DNA of 35,722 nucleotides from Octopus bimaculoides. Taxonomy: Eukaryota. The stretch is taken from the NCBI RefSeq assembly GCF_001194135.2, contig NC_068999.1, forward strand, positions 42,322,549 to 42,358,270, given 5' to 3'. The notes beneath the pieces are model-generated. The model was given only the letters and a program-made list of their open reading frames with translations. It was not told the origin of the DNA and searched no databases. Of the stretch, positions 35,396 to 35,722 are shown in pieces; the stretch's first letter is position 1, and the number at the start of each line of letters is the position of its first letter. A program made the translations under genes and the position numbers.

Positions 35396-35722
35396 GACCG
35401 CGGGAAACAGCGGACTGAGTCCCCTCGTGATCGCTGTGAGCGGTCCTACCCGTTTAACCCTGGATGGTTTCACGGTCGCTTGAACTCTCTCTCCAAAGTT
35501 CTTTTTAACTTTCCCTCGCGGTACTTGTCGGCTATCGGATTCGTCCCCGTATTTAGCCTTGGATGGAGCTTACCACCCGCTTTGGGCTGCGTTCTCAAGC
35601 AACTCGACTCTCGGGCCGAAAAGAACACCGCCGATCGCCTCAGGCTCCGAATGAGCCTGGCACCCGCTCTGGGAAGCCCCGATCGAGGGGACACCGAACC
35701 TAGCCGGGCGAAACGATCGATC
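35396..35722 (-). rRNA. 28S rRNA: 28S (LSU) rRNA fragment, D1 to start of D2, 3'-truncated and probably a pseudogene
   Basis: Minus strand GCAGCCCAAAGCGGGTGGTAAGCTCCATCCAAGGCTAAATAC...ACAAGTACCGCGAGGGAAAGTTAAAAAGAACTTTGGAGAGAGAGTTCAAG...GTGAAACC matches the conserved eukaryotic LSU 5' core. It runs off the window edge. Confidence 0.95.

Noticed and set aside
35470-35694. 74-aa minus-strand ORF
   Set aside because: Spurious translation of 28S rRNA sequence.

Overview
AT-rich, repeat-dense, gene-poor eukaryotic DNA with 14 N-gaps, each bordered by (AT)n, (CA)n, (CT)n or (AAT)n. The SINE families and microsatellite load suggest an octopod cephalopod short-read assembly (inference). No intact protein-coding gene is supported. 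Nearly all long ORFs in the track are microsatellite or N-gap artefacts. The real content: (1) many tRNA-derived SINE copies, including a same-strand chain at 12.2-15.1 kb; (2) two decayed mariner transposase fossils and a solo mariner TIR; (3) a frameshifted Penelope-like element (PLE) fossil with RT C-terminus, CxCx5C linker and GIY-YIG nuclease at about 19960-21165 (-); (4) a tRNA-Thr(CGT)-like cloverleaf inside a fold-back element; (5) a 123-bp hairpin element; (6) a degenerate 28S rRNA fragment at the right edge. The most interesting locus is 30538-30968: a tRNA-like Pol III head, an (AAT)n linker and a tail carrying a minimal type-I hammerhead ribozyme motif, abutted by an inverted second copy of that tail. 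This is a candidate ribozyme-bearing SINE mobilised by PLEs. All translations and alignments were done by eye and family assignments come from remembered consensus motifs; no search was run.
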